64,000 nucleotides of DNA, from positions 1,843,285 through 1,907,284 of the forward strand of contig NZ_CP050804.1 in assembly GCF_012563545.1 (NCBI RefSeq), read 5' to 3'. The notes below the pieces were generated by a model that was not told where the DNA came from, ran no database searches, and saw only the letters and a list, made by a program, of their open reading frames with translations. The position numbers and the translations under genes are program-made. Within the stretch, counting starts at the first letter, position 1. Each line of letters begins with the position of its first letter. The stretch is from Arcanobacterium buesumense (GTDB lineage Bacteria > Actinomycetota > Actinomycetes > Actinomycetales > Actinomycetaceae). Below are positions 11,147 through 20,707 of the stretch, piece after piece.

Positions 11147-11824
11147 TTATCCTTCGGCGGGTAAACCAAAACTAGCCCCTTTTCCAGGTTGCTTTGGTTC
11201 TTCTTTAATATCCGCAAAATACGCCGACATCTGTGCCAAATGTGCTAACTCTTCAGCGCTTGCATCATAGAGCTCATCTTCACCAGGCATCCAGACAATT
11301 CCAGGAACATTCCACTTCTCGCGTTTCATCACCTTTTCTACCTGGTGAGCTGGCTTACCAGTGAGCCGATCCACGTAAATGCGTCCCTTGAGATGGTCAT
11401 ACTCGTGTTGAAGAATACGGGCAAACCATCCAGTTGCCTCGATGTCATACCATTGGCCTTTTTCGTCTTGCGCGTGAAGAACTGCCCGCGGGGAACGCCG
11501 CAAACCATACTGGTAGCCAGGAAATGACAAGCACCCTTCCTCATCTGCAACAGTTGGCTCAAAAACATCGACTGGCTCAATAAGAAGCGTCGGGTTGATC
11601 GCCACTCCGCGTTTTGGACCAGTATGCTCCGCACCGTCATACATCCACACAAACATTGCCAAATCAAGACCGATTTGTGGGGCAGCCAAACCCACACCGG
11701 GGGCAGCTTCACACGTTTCATACATATCGGCGATGAGCGTGGCGAGTTTATCGTCAAAAATCTTTACTTCTGCACTGGTTTTATGGAGAACCGGCGAACC
11801 ATAGACATGAATGGGATAAAGCAT
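11147..11824 (-). CDS. def: Peptide deformylase (with C-terminal extension)
   Basis: Motifs GVGLAAPQIG, EGCLSFPG, HEYDHLKG (metal-binding HExxH). Confidence 0.9.
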   Translation of the reverse strand: MLYPIHVYGSPVLHKTSAEVKIFDDKLATLIADMYETCEAAPGVGLAAPQIGLDLAMFVWMYDGAEHTGPKRGVAINPTLLIEPVDVFEPTVADEEGCLSFPGYQYGLRRSPRAVLHAQDEKGQWYDIEATGWFARILQHEYDHLKGRIYVDRLTGKPAHQVEKVMKREKWNVPGIVWMPGEDELYDASAEELAHLAQMSAYFADIKEEPKQPGKGASFGLPAEG

Positions 11825-11963
11825 ACCTATAGCCTACGGGATTGCTGGCGTAGGTGTGCATTTATTCGAAGAATGCCGCGAATCTGGAGCGCTCCATATC
11901 CGCATCTTATCAACCGCCTATCAACCTCGTTGCGCGCGCCCATACCCAACCGTTATGCACTCA

Positions 11964-12029
11964 TCGGGGTTATAGCGCAAACAGCGACGTATGTGGACGA
12001 GGTTTGCACTATAACCCCATTTACTGCAG
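11964..12029. repeat. Copy 1 of a 66-bp direct repeat (ggggttatagcgcaaacagcgacgtatgtggacgaggtttgcactataaccccatttactgcag) that brackets the DUF559 gene. It contains an internal 10-bp inverted repeat.
   Basis: Identical to 13072-13137 over about 64 nt by direct comparison. Confidence 0.8.
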
Positions 12030-12195
12030 AGGCCAACCACAGCTTAGCCGCCCACCGCGCACCCAACCACCCGCTGAACTACACAACCACCCCAATTCCA
12101 CAAAAATTTTCCACACTGCATCCTTCTCCTGCAGATATCCACAGGAACCGAAAAGGAACCTCCTGAATTTGTAGGTTTACTGCAGTATTAGTTTC

Positions 12196-13083
12196 ATGGA
12201 AAAACATCTTTTTCGCCGCTGGCAGCTGCCTACACCGTTGAACACTAATCGTTACCGATTAGACAAGGCACTAGCCCGCAAAGATATCGAAAAACTCCCC
12301 CACCACTGGTATGCCGCACCTGATGCATCAAGTTTAGAGATAACAGCCGCAACTCATGGATTCCTCATCGGATGCTGCACTGCTGCCTACTTCTGGGGAT
12401 TATGGGTACCTGATGCGAGAAATCCGCATTTTATTTGCAAGAGAAATGCAGGGCGGGTGGACAATCGTGGAATGATTATCCACCGCGCACTCAATGGACG
12501 CCGCCAACTTGGAATGCACCATTCGCCGGGCAAAGCACCCCACATTATCTGTTCGCTTGTGGAGGCAGTTGAACAAGTCGTTCATTATCATGATGCAGAA
12601 ACTGGGTTGATCGTCCTCGAATCAGCATTAAATCAGCAGAAACTTGATCCGGCTACTGCTGACGAAATCATCAGTTATGCGCAAAAACGTAAACAGCCGA
12701 TTCTCAAGCGCCGCGTTAGCATGGCCCAATCTGGTAGCGAAACCCGAGTGCGAAGTTTTCTCCAGTCTTTGAGAGTTCAAGTACAACCTCAAGCACAGCT
12801 TCCGGGAGTTGGCCGGGTGGATCTCCTGGTGGGGCAGTCCCTTATTATCGAATGCGATAGCACAGCTTTTCATAGTAAATCCCTGAATGTCAACGACGAT
12901 CGGCGCCGAGACGCTCAACAAACTTGCCTCGGATATAGATTTTTACGGCTTAGCTATCACCAAGTTTGGAATGATTGGGACAATACGCGCAATTATATTC
13001 GTGCAGTACTGCGCACGAGACAGCATGTGAAACCGCCCCGGCCACTGGTTCCATGTTTCGATGTGCATCGAATGGGGTTATAG
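12196..13083 (+). CDS. DUF559-type endonuclease-domain protein (restriction-endonuclease-like fold, VSR/Mrr-like C-terminus)
   Basis: C-terminal GRVDLLVGQSLIIECDSTAFHS...RRRDAQQTCLGYRFLRLSY resembles the DUF559 core. The stop codon lies inside repeat copy 2. Confidence 0.55.
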   Translation: MEKHLFRRWQLPTPLNTNRYRLDKALARKDIEKLPHHWYAAPDASSLEITAATHGFLIGCCTAAYFWGLWVPDARNPHFICKRNAGRVDNRGMIIHRALNGRRQLGMHHSPGKAPHIICSLVEAVEQVVHYHDAETGLIVLESALNQQKLDPATADEIISYAQKRKQPILKRRVSMAQSGSETRVRSFLQSLRVQVQPQAQLPGVGRVDLLVGQSLIIECDSTAFHSKSLNVNDDRRRDAQQTCLGYRFLRLSYHQVWNDWDNTRNYIRAVLRTRQHVKPPRPLVPCFDVHRMGL

Positions 13084-13137
13084 CGCAAACAGCGACGTAT
13101 GTGGACGAGGTTTGCACTATAACCCCATTTACTGCAG
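13072..13137. repeat. Copy 2 of the 66-bp direct repeat, overlapping the 3' end of the DUF559 gene
   Basis: Same sequence as 11964-12029. Confidence 0.8.
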
Positions 13138-13164
13138 TTCTCGCCGATTAGGTAGTCTTATGCT

Positions 13165-14226
13165 GTGAATGTTTTCTTGCTTGCCCTCGTACTGGTTTCG
13201 CTGATTGGCCTGCGGATATATGCGCGCCCGGACGTTGATTCCTATATTTCCCATGCTCACACAACCCAGATTAATGGCGTATTTATTTTGATCGTGTTTT
13301 ATGCCCATGTGCGCACCTATATTCCACTTGATCCGGCGGCGGATGGCTGGATGTATGGGTTGGCGACGGGCCTGGGCCAGCTGATGGTGGCGCTGTTTTT
13401 GTTTTATTCGGGATTTGGGGTTCAGGAGTCGATCACTCGCAAGCCGGGTTATGTTGATTCGATTCCAGTCAAGCGCCTGGCGGTGACGTGGGTAAATTTT
13501 GCGGTTGCAGTGAGTGTGTATGCGGTGTTGTCTCTGTTGACGGATCGTGACATTTCGGTTTCGCAGTTTTTGTTGGCGTTGGTTGGTTGGACGAGTGTTG
13601 GTAATTCGGCGTGGTATATTTTTGCAATTTTGGTGTTGTATGGGTTGACGTTTGTGGTTCATCGGCTCTTGAGTGATGTTGCGCGCGTCCGTCCAGGCGT
13701 AGCGGTTGCCGCGATGTTTGCTGCTGGATTGTTGTTTGGGGCAGTGATGTTGTGGGCGAAGGGGGCGAGCGCGGCTTATACGTTTAATACAGTGTTGTGT
13801 TATCCGTTGGGAATGGCGTGGTCAGTGTTCCGCGCGCCGGTGGAGGCGCGCTTGCGTGGTCCCCGTAGCCGGTTGTGGTGGCTGGTTTTTCTGGTGTCGA
13901 CGACGGCGATCTTTGTTGCGTTGAAGAATGTTGCCGGAGCGCACTATTTAGTGTTTCAGTTGGCAGCGTTGGCATATTGTGCGGTGGCGATGCTGGTGTC
14001 GATGGTGGTTCATCTTAATAGCCCGATTTTGGCGTGGTGTGGCCGGAATTTGTTCTGGATCTATGTGTTGCAGCGGCTGCCAATGTTGACGTTGACTTAT
14101 GCTGGGTGGGCCGAATACCGCTACCTATTTGTGGTGGTGTCATTTGTTGTAACGATTGCATTAACGGCTGTTTTCTCACGCTTAATGGCGCCGGTTCAGC
14201 GGAGAATCGTTAGCCGCTGGGCTTGA
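13165..14226 (+). CDS. Polytopic membrane protein, probably an acyltransferase-3 (OafA-like) family O-acyltransferase
   Basis: 353 aa with about 10 predicted TM helices. The N-terminal region has conserved-looking His/Arg residues (HAHTTQINGVF..YAHVR) as in acyltransferase-3. Assignment is tentative. Confidence 0.45.
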   Translation: MNVFLLALVLVSLIGLRIYARPDVDSYISHAHTTQINGVFILIVFYAHVRTYIPLDPAADGWMYGLATGLGQLMVALFLFYSGFGVQESITRKPGYVDSIPVKRLAVTWVNFAVAVSVYAVLSLLTDRDISVSQFLLALVGWTSVGNSAWYIFAILVLYGLTFVVHRLLSDVARVRPGVAVAAMFAAGLLFGAVMLWAKGASAAYTFNTVLCYPLGMAWSVFRAPVEARLRGPRSRLWWLVFLVSTTAIFVALKNVAGAHYLVFQLAALAYCAVAMLVSMVVHLNSPILAWCGRNLFWIYVLQRLPMLTLTYAGWAEYRYLFVVVSFVVTIALTAVFSRLMAPVQRRIVSRWA

Positions 14227-14267
14227 TAGGTGTAGGTAAAAACACGGTAATAGTGCCTACGGTATGC

Positions 14268-14317
14268 AAACCCTAAAACAAAACCCCGGGAACCAACTTT
14301 TTGTTGATATCCCGGGG
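14268..14317 (-). terminator. Terminator 3' of tRNA-Ser(CGA). Stem ccccggga/tcccgggg followed by TTTTGTTTT on the minus strand.
   Basis: Inverted repeat plus U-tract read from the sequence. Confidence 0.55.
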
Positions 14318-14324
14318 ATTTATA

Positions 14325-14415
14325 TGGCGGTAGCGGAGGGATTTGAACCCTCGGTACGGGGTTACCGTACACAGCATTTCGAGTGCTGCACCTTCGGCCG
14401 CTCGGACACGCTACC
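14325..14415 (-). tRNA. tRNA-Ser (anticodon CGA), long variable arm, CCA encoded
   Basis: Acceptor GGTAGCG/CGCTACC. Anticodon loop CUCGAAA. T-arm GGTTCAAATCC. 3' end GCCA. Confidence 0.85.
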
Positions 14416-14515
14416 TCGAGTGTTAATACTAGCTTGACATGTAGGCGCCGCGCAAAATGACTCACCGTTACATCACACACAACAACACCACGGCAAGTGC
14501 GACGCTGAGAAAGCT

Positions 14516-15007
14516 TTAGCGCCGCTGGCGAAACCACTGCTGTAGCAAGTCAATATTTTCTTCTTCGCAAATCCCACCAACTACTTCTACTGTGTGGTTG
14601 AGCCGGGCGTCGCGCAGAACATCGCGCACAGATCCAGCTGCCCCGGCTTTTTCATCCCAAGCGCCGAACACCACGCGCGAGACCCGCGAGTTAACAATCG
14701 CTCCGGCACACATGGTGCACGGTTCAAGCGTTACCACGAGTGTACATCCGCTCAGATTCCAGCGCCCCATCACCTGGGCAGCCGCGCGTAAGGCGTTGAT
14801 TTCGGCATGTCCGCACGGATCTCCATCGGCTTCACGGGTGTTCCAGCCACTTCCGATGAGAGTTCCTAATTTGCTCCCATCTGCGGACCCGGAAAAGACT
14901 AAAGCGCCTACCGGCACATCGCCAGCTTCCCCGGCGCGGCGCGCCAATTCCATAGCGTGACGCATAGCACCCATCTCAGATTCAAACATGTCTCCTATTT
15001 TATGCAC
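14516..15007 (-). CDS. tadA: tRNA-specific adenosine deaminase (CMP/dCMP deaminase zinc-binding family)
   Basis: HAEINALR...PCTMCAGAI zinc-binding motifs. Adjacent to a tRNA gene, as is common for tadA. Confidence 0.85.
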   Translation of the reverse strand: MHKIGDMFESEMGAMRHAMELARRAGEAGDVPVGALVFSGSADGSKLGTLIGSGWNTREADGDPCGHAEINALRAAAQVMGRWNLSGCTLVVTLEPCTMCAGAIVNSRVSRVVFGAWDEKAGAAGSVRDVLRDARLNHTVEVVGGICEEENIDLLQQWFRQRR

Positions 15008-15039
15008 GTTCCACGCGAGAAAACCGGTAGATTAGAAGT

Positions 15040-15678
15040 ATGGAACTTCAAGTCATCAGCCACCCACTTGTGGCACATAAGCTCACTACGTTGCGTGATA
15101 AGCGCACTCCGTCTCCTGTTTTCCGCCAGTTGGTTGAAGAAATCATCATGTTGCTTTCGTATGAGGCAACTCGTGATGTTCTTACCGAACCGAAGGAAAT
15201 TGAAACTCCGGTTGCCCACATGGTAGGAACCACAATGGCACATCCACGTCCGGTGGTTGTCCCGATTTTGCGTGCTGGTTTAGGCATGCTAGAGGGCATG
15301 GTTCGGGTTATTCCGGCTGCCGAAGTTGGTTTCTTGGGGATGAAGCGCGACGAGGAAACGCTTGAGGCGATCACTTATGCGAATCGGTTACCTGATGATC
15401 TCCACGATCGGCAGTGTTTTGTTCTTGATCCGATGTTAGCTACTGGCCATACATTGATTGCGTCGATTGATTATCTGCTCGAACGTGGGGCACGTGACGT
15501 AACTGCTATTTGCATTTTGGCCGCTCCGGAGGGTTTGAAGACTCTTGAGGAGCATATTGGCGATCGTGGAAACGTGCGTATTTTGGTGGCCGCAGTTGAT
15601 GAGAAACTCAATGAGAAGGGCTTCATTGTCCCTGGTTTGGGTGATGCGGGCGATCGTTTGTACGGAATCGTAGACTGA
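15040..15678 (+). CDS. upp: Uracil phosphoribosyltransferase
   Basis: Whole-length similarity to UPRTase ([32 protein letters not shown]-binding loop). Confidence 0.9.
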   Translation: MELQVISHPLVAHKLTTLRDKRTPSPVFRQLVEEIIMLLSYEATRDVLTEPKEIETPVAHMVGTTMAHPRPVVVPILRAGLGMLEGMVRVIPAAEVGFLGMKRDEETLEAITYANRLPDDLHDRQCFVLDPMLATGHTLIASIDYLLERGARDVTAICILAAPEGLKTLEEHIGDRGNVRILVAAVDEKLNEKGFIVPGLGDAGDRLYGIVD

Positions 15679-15679
15679 T

Positions 15680-16678
15680 ATGCATTCGGGTCTTATTCCT
15701 ACATTTGGCCCGCGAATTCCCGATTATTTGGGAGCAGATTGGATTGCGCGGACCGCATTCTTGAACGACGTCGACGCTGGTAGTCCAGCTGGGCGTCCGG
15801 ATGTTGCGGTGCTTGTTAGTCGGGCCGACGCAGATGCTCATGTCTCGGATTCGGGTGTGGCAGCATTGTGGTTGCCTGGATTTTTAGATTCCTTCTTTCA
15901 TGTAGAGCAGGCGGACGCCTGGCGTGAGGCTGGGATCGCCTTGTATGGCTTGGATTTTCGGCGGTCGGGGCGGGCGTTACGGGTGCCAAACCGGCGTGAT
16001 GATCTGCGCGATTTGTTGATCCGTGAGGAAGAGATTTTTGCCGCGTTGACGCATCTGCGCGGGTGTGGGGCTCGGCAGATTGTACTGATTGGCCATTCGA
16101 CGGGCGGTTTGCAAGCTGCACTGTTCGCGCACCGGCATCCAGGGGAAGTTTCAGCGGTTGTGTTGAATTCACCGTGGTTGGATCATAATGGTCCGGCTTG
16201 GCAACGCACTGTTGCGACAACCGCAATTTCGCAGCTAGCACGGGTTTCACCGTTGACGCCGATTGCGCGGTTACAGCCAGCTTATGCGCGGAGTTTGCAT
16301 GTTGATTACGGTGGGGATTTTTATTTCAAGCCAATGCATAAGCCGTTGACGCCGGCTCCTGTTTTCGCTGGCTTCTTTGCGGCAGCTCGGCGGGGGCATG
16401 CCATGGTTGCTGACGGGCTCAATATTAAGGAACCTGTGTTAGTGGCCCATTCAGATGCTTCAGGTAATCCACTTAATCCATCTGCGCAAGAATTGGCTCA
16501 CACAGATGTGGTGCTTAGTGTTGAAGATATGAAGCGGTTGGCGCCAACATTGGGAAAGAATGTTGAGACTTTGGAAGTCATTGGGGGCCGTCACGATTTG
16601 TCGTTGTCTGAACTTCCGGCCCGTAGCCGCTATACTCGTGATTCGATTCACTGGGCGTTGCGTCAACTTCAACGCTGA
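15680..16678 (+). CDS. Alpha/beta-hydrolase fold protein (lysophospholipase/monoacylglycerol-lipase-like)
   Basis: Nucleophile elbow GHSTGG. Overall alpha/beta-hydrolase layout. Confidence 0.7.
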   Translation: MHSGLIPTFGPRIPDYLGADWIARTAFLNDVDAGSPAGRPDVAVLVSRADADAHVSDSGVAALWLPGFLDSFFHVEQADAWREAGIALYGLDFRRSGRALRVPNRRDDLRDLLIREEEIFAALTHLRGCGARQIVLIGHSTGGLQAALFAHRHPGEVSAVVLNSPWLDHNGPAWQRTVATTAISQLARVSPLTPIARLQPAYARSLHVDYGGDFYFKPMHKPLTPAPVFAGFFAAARRGHAMVADGLNIKEPVLVAHSDASGNPLNPSAQELAHTDVVLSVEDMKRLAPTLGKNVETLEVIGGRHDLSLSELPARSRYTRDSIHWALRQLQR

Positions 16679-16768
16679 TTCGCACCGCAGTGCGTAAGCG
16701 TTTACTCTTATATACGTATTATGTGCCGCGTAAGGCGGCGTACCCTGTTACTCAAAGGAGAAAAGCCG

Positions 16769-17626
16769 ATGGGCAAGGCAAGCCGCCGAAATAAAGAAAA
16801 GAAGCCAAAGAAGGTTCGGATTCAGTTTGTGGATCGTCCTTTTGAAGGCTTGCCATTTGAACCACAGTTGGTTGCTATGCGCGAGATTTTGCCGGCTGCA
16901 ACGTTGCCGGTTCGCACGGTAGCTGAGCATGGCGGTGAAGATGTGCTGTTGGTGACGTTGCTGCCGGGGATGGCTGCGGCGTTGCGCCGTAAGGATGGCA
17001 TGTTGCTGGTTGCTGCACAGACAGTGATGAATTCTGGCGATGTGTCGCTAGATATTGCGGATCGTGTTCTTAAGGGTTTGGAGTTGGCGCCGGGCGAGAC
17101 TTTACAGCAGGTTGATCAGCCAGTTCCCGGACCTCGGTTGCAAGACATTCTTGATCTGAGTGTTGATTCTGAGATGGTTTTGCATGAGGATTATGCCTTC
17201 TGGATTGATCCGGCTGAGTTAGAAGATCCGCAAATGCAGTCAGCTGTTGATCAGACTCGCGAGCAAATTTTGCCGACAGCTCAGGTTCCTGAGATTGCTG
17301 GGGCTTTTTGGTGCCGGATGCAACGTGAGTTTGTTCGTTGGGTTCGCCCTGAGCCAGAAGCTCACGTGTTGGATGCGTTGGCTCGGTTGCATCATGCACG
17401 CGAGCTTGGTTTCGATGGTGCTCGCTTTGTTGGTGCGTTCCGCGCGCTCGGTTTGATGATTCCAGTTTTCGAGCTGGAGGCTGGTACCGAGGCTGCGGAA
17501 TTGACGACGCCAATGGCAGATTTTGCTTCGAAGTTTGAAGCTGCGTTGGCTGTTACTGATGCGTTGACGCCGGAGGAACGTCGGGCGCGTTCCGGTATTA
17601 TTTCTCGCCAGGTAACTTTGCGTTAG
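16769..17626 (+). CDS. Conserved hypothetical protein (basic N-terminus MGKASRRNKEKKPKK)
   Basis: Long ORF with an AAAGGAG RBS before the ATG at 16769. No recognised domain. Confidence 0.5.
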   Translation: MGKASRRNKEKKPKKVRIQFVDRPFEGLPFEPQLVAMREILPAATLPVRTVAEHGGEDVLLVTLLPGMAAALRRKDGMLLVAAQTVMNSGDVSLDIADRVLKGLELAPGETLQQVDQPVPGPRLQDILDLSVDSEMVLHEDYAFWIDPAELEDPQMQSAVDQTREQILPTAQVPEIAGAFWCRMQREFVRWVRPEPEAHVLDALARLHHARELGFDGARFVGAFRALGLMIPVFELEAGTEAAELTTPMADFASKFEAALAVTDALTPEERRARSGIISRQVTLR

Positions 17627-17633
17627 TTTTTAG

Positions 17634-17690
17634 CTCGGGCGGTACAGATAACTCTACCGCCCGAGCCTTCTTATTATTTTGGTGTCCGGG
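17634..17690 (+). terminator. Terminator hairpin (gctcgggcggta...taccgcccgagc) followed by CTTCTTATTATTTT
   Basis: 12-bp inverted repeat plus T-rich tail directly after the stop at 17626. Confidence 0.55.
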
Positions 17691-17739
17691 TCTTGGTTAT
17701 TCCGGACACTAACTATATATTTACTGTGTTTTTGGAGTA

Positions 17740-18525
17740 ATGTTACGTATTGTGAATACCGAACAACGCGTAGCTGTCATTATTCCTGCAATGAACGAAG
17801 AGGATAGAATTGCTGCCACCATTCAGGCAGCAAAGTCAATCCCACATGTTGACCTGATCGTCGTCGTCGATGATGGATCAACTGATAGTACCCAAGATGT
17901 TGCTCGGGCGTCAGGCGCATCAGTAGCTCGTCACACAGTTAATCGTGGTAAGGCTGCTGCGATGGAAACGGGTGCAGCAGTTGTGGCTATGCGTGATGTT
18001 CCTGGAAAACCTCCACGGGCGCTATTGTTTTTGGATGCTGACTTGGCTGAGTCTGCAGTTGAATGTGCGCCACTTGTTTCGACGATTTTTGCCGGCGGCG
18101 TCGATTGCGCTATCGCCTATCTACCACCACAAGCTGGAGCCGGCGGTCACGGTATTGTGACGACGACGGGCCGCAAAGGTATCACTTATCTTACTGGATG
18201 GTCCCCTCAGCAACCATTGTCTGGCCAACGGTGTATCACTCGGGCCGCATTTGATGCGATCACTCCACTGGCCTCTGGCTGGGGTGTCGAAGTTGGTATG
18301 ACTGTTGATCTTCTTGTTGCCCGGTTCACGATTCAAGAAGTCCCGTGCGATCTACGGCATCGAGTGTCCACAAATGATTTTGCGGGACAGTTACATCGCG
18401 CTGCTCAGTTACGAGGCGTTATTTGTGCTCTCATGAGCCGGATTTTGCGTGGCCACCGAGTTCAGGGTGGGGCTACCCGTCCAGTTTCAATACCCGGTAA
18501 ACCTTTTAACGCCTACTCGGCATAG
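17740..18525 (+). CDS. Family-2 glycosyltransferase (polyprenol-phosphate sugar transferase-like)
   Basis: GT2 N-terminal pattern VAVIIPAMNEEDRI...VVVDDGSTD with DxD-type acidic residues. Confidence 0.8.
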   Translation: MLRIVNTEQRVAVIIPAMNEEDRIAATIQAAKSIPHVDLIVVVDDGSTDSTQDVARASGASVARHTVNRGKAAAMETGAAVVAMRDVPGKPPRALLFLDADLAESAVECAPLVSTIFAGGVDCAIAYLPPQAGAGGHGIVTTTGRKGITYLTGWSPQQPLSGQRCITRAAFDAITPLASGWGVEVGMTVDLLVARFTIQEVPCDLRHRVSTNDFAGQLHRAAQLRGVICALMSRILRGHRVQGGATRPVSIPGKPFNAYSA

Positions 18526-20707
18526 TTTCACCATTAGCAGTTGTTGCGCATACCGCTAAAAGCGGTCCGCCATAGGCCACTCCCATCAAGAGGATAACCA
18601 GTCCGGAGTCATTAATTGCGATGCCAACAATTACGAGGGTGATCATCGCCCAGATCGTCCACCGCTGATCGTTATCGATGTGGATCACTGGGGAGAATCT
18701 ATGTGTAGCGTGTTTATGCCACAGCCACACTGCTATCGCAACAACTGCAATGATGAGCCAAACAAACCAAGGCGCTGATCCGATCATGGCCATGAGCTTA
18801 CGGTAAATGACACCGAGGGCTTCGCCGTCGATCATGCTTTGGAAGAAACGTCCTAAATGCGTCCATGATTCTTCCGGACGCAACCAGTCAATGAATGCCC
18901 CACCTATTCCAGTGATCAGTGCGAGAGCTACAATCGTCACCATTGTGCGTGCAGTTAATGACCGGCCGATTACCGTAACAAAAAGCACTGCAAATGCAGC
19001 TATTAATGCGGGGACACCACCAAAGTCAGCACCTAAGGACCCCGCACCATCGAGAACAATCGCACTGGCACCTAATGCAATAACACCTGCGGGTAGTGCA
19101 ATGCGTTCGTGATGGGTACGTAAAATAAGCACTGCACGGTACGTTAAATAAATCATCGAGAGTGCGAAAACAGTAAATGGCGCATTGGATAAACCATAGA
19201 AGCGTCCGCCTTGTTGGGGTTGATCGCCTAGGACTGATGAAGAATGCAGGACTGAACCGCCGATAACATCAACGCCAATAGTTAACGCAGTTATCAGCGC
19301 AACTAACGTTGCCGGATCCCGCAGGCACATACTGAGCAGAGCAACACTAACGCTCCAGGCAATCACACATGCTAAAAACGTTACCGTTGGTATCGGGGTG
19401 TTCCACCATGCAAGGAGGTTGGCCAAGAAAGATGCGGCTGGCAACATAGCAACTGTGACGCCTAAGAAGCGTGGAAGACGCGAGATATAGAATGACCGTC
19501 CGTGCCGGGCATGCCACCAGTACTGCGCCACCCACCATATGAGGAAGATTCCAGCGCATAAGCTCAGCAAAAGGTAAAATGGCCCAACGGCTGGACGTAC
19601 CGCAATTGCTCGGGCGTCGTTATCTTGCAAGACTGAAACTACGGTGTCACCGTCGGCATAGCTGTGACCAGAAAAAGCGATTGCGGACCCAACAAAATCT
19701 TCAATGGGCCGGTGGCTAAGTAACGTCATCAATGCTTGCGGGATGTCGGTGAGCTGGACTAAGCCCGCATGCCGGGTGGAATTGGTATATGCCACTGATG
19801 CTGGCGTAACATCTGGGCCAAGGATGGTGAAGAACTGTAGGCGAGCTGTTCGCGGGTCTGAGTCGGCAACTGAGGCAACAATAACTGTTGTTTGTGGATC
19901 AATAGTGGCAAGGAGATCTCCCAGAGCAGTATCAATCTCGGCAATTTGGGTGCGAGCTTGAGGGGTGCGCGGGGCCGGCGGAGCGAATGCGGCTCGTAAA
20001 TCGTCCCACATTCCTTTGCTTTTAGTGCGCGGCGATTGGTGGGAATTCGTCACGTGGCCTAGATCGATCAGGACGAGGTTGGCGTCTGCCACTTGTTGGT
20101 AGTCTGCTCTGGCTTGAGTGGCAACTCCGTTGTGGTATTCGGTGTTGATATGGTGACGGCCAGGCAAGGCAGTATTTGCCGAGGATCGGAGCGCGAGCGC
20201 AGCACCTGAGCCTACTGTGCCAACTCGTATTCCACGCTGAGCGAGTTCATCACCGAAGGTTGTTGTTCCGGGGGTAAATGGGGATTGTTCTTCAGCTTTT
20301 ATGCGAGCAGTTTCTACTGTTGCCGGAAGGATTCCTTGCGCGGATGCCGTAACGGGTTGCGCGCAACCATCAGCGATTGGGTCAGCAGCGCGCACGCCTT
20401 GGCTTATCGTTAACCATCCAGCATTCGGGCAGGTGGTAACGCCTAAAGTTTTAACGACGAGGTTTGCTGACGCGCCTTGGTTAACAAGACGGGCAAGGGT
20501 GGGGGTGTTGTGGGCTGAGATATCCGCCCATGTCACTCCGCTGAATCCCACAAATACTGTTTTGTGGGCGGGCCCAACGGTGAGTGAACCGGCATTGTTA
20601 ATGTGCTGTCCGCGCCAGGCGGGGGCATATAGCACTCCCACTAATATGATCGCGATGGCAACGACGGTTGCCCACCATCGTCGTTTTGTCTTAGTTGGAT
20701 GGTCCAT
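18506..20707 (-). CDS. Large membrane protein with an N-terminal signal anchor, an extracytoplasmic domain of about 330 aa and a C-terminal polytopic domain of about 10 TM. It is a paralog of 24077-26338.
   Basis: Shared motifs with the paralog (TxTCPxxGW, RFYGLSN / RYYGISN, GADFGGxPxLIAxF, INDSG). Function unknown. Confidence 0.6.
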   Translation of the reverse strand: MDHPTKTKRRWWATVVAIAIILVGVLYAPAWRGQHINNAGSLTVGPAHKTVFVGFSGVTWADISAHNTPTLARLVNQGASANLVVKTLGVTTCPNAGWLTISQGVRAADPIADGCAQPVTASAQGILPATVETARIKAEEQSPFTPGTTTFGDELAQRGIRVGTVGSGAALALRSSANTALPGRHHINTEYHNGVATQARADYQQVADANLVLIDLGHVTNSHQSPRTKSKGMWDDLRAAFAPPAPRTPQARTQIAEIDTALGDLLATIDPQTTVIVASVADSDPRTARLQFFTILGPDVTPASVAYTNSTRHAGLVQLTDIPQALMTLLSHRPIEDFVGSAIAFSGHSYADGDTVVSVLQDNDARAIAVRPAVGPFYLLLSLCAGIFLIWWVAQYWWHARHGRSFYISRLPRFLGVTVAMLPAASFLANLLAWWNTPIPTVTFLACVIAWSVSVALLSMCLRDPATLVALITALTIGVDVIGGSVLHSSSVLGDQPQQGGRFYGLSNAPFTVFALSMIYLTYRAVLILRTHHERIALPAGVIALGASAIVLDGAGSLGADFGGVPALIAAFAVLFVTVIGRSLTARTMVTIVALALITGIGGAFIDWLRPEESWTHLGRFFQSMIDGEALGVIYRKLMAMIGSAPWFVWLIIAVVAIAVWLWHKHATHRFSPVIHIDNDQRWTIWAMITLVIVGIAINDSGLVILLMGVAYGGPLLAVCATTANGETMPSRR

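Noticed and set aside
11624-12174. ORFs of 180 and 106 aa spanning the def 3' region and repeat copy 1
   Set aside because: They overlap def antisense, have no RBS, and have low-complexity translations. The region is better explained as an intergenic repeat and relic.
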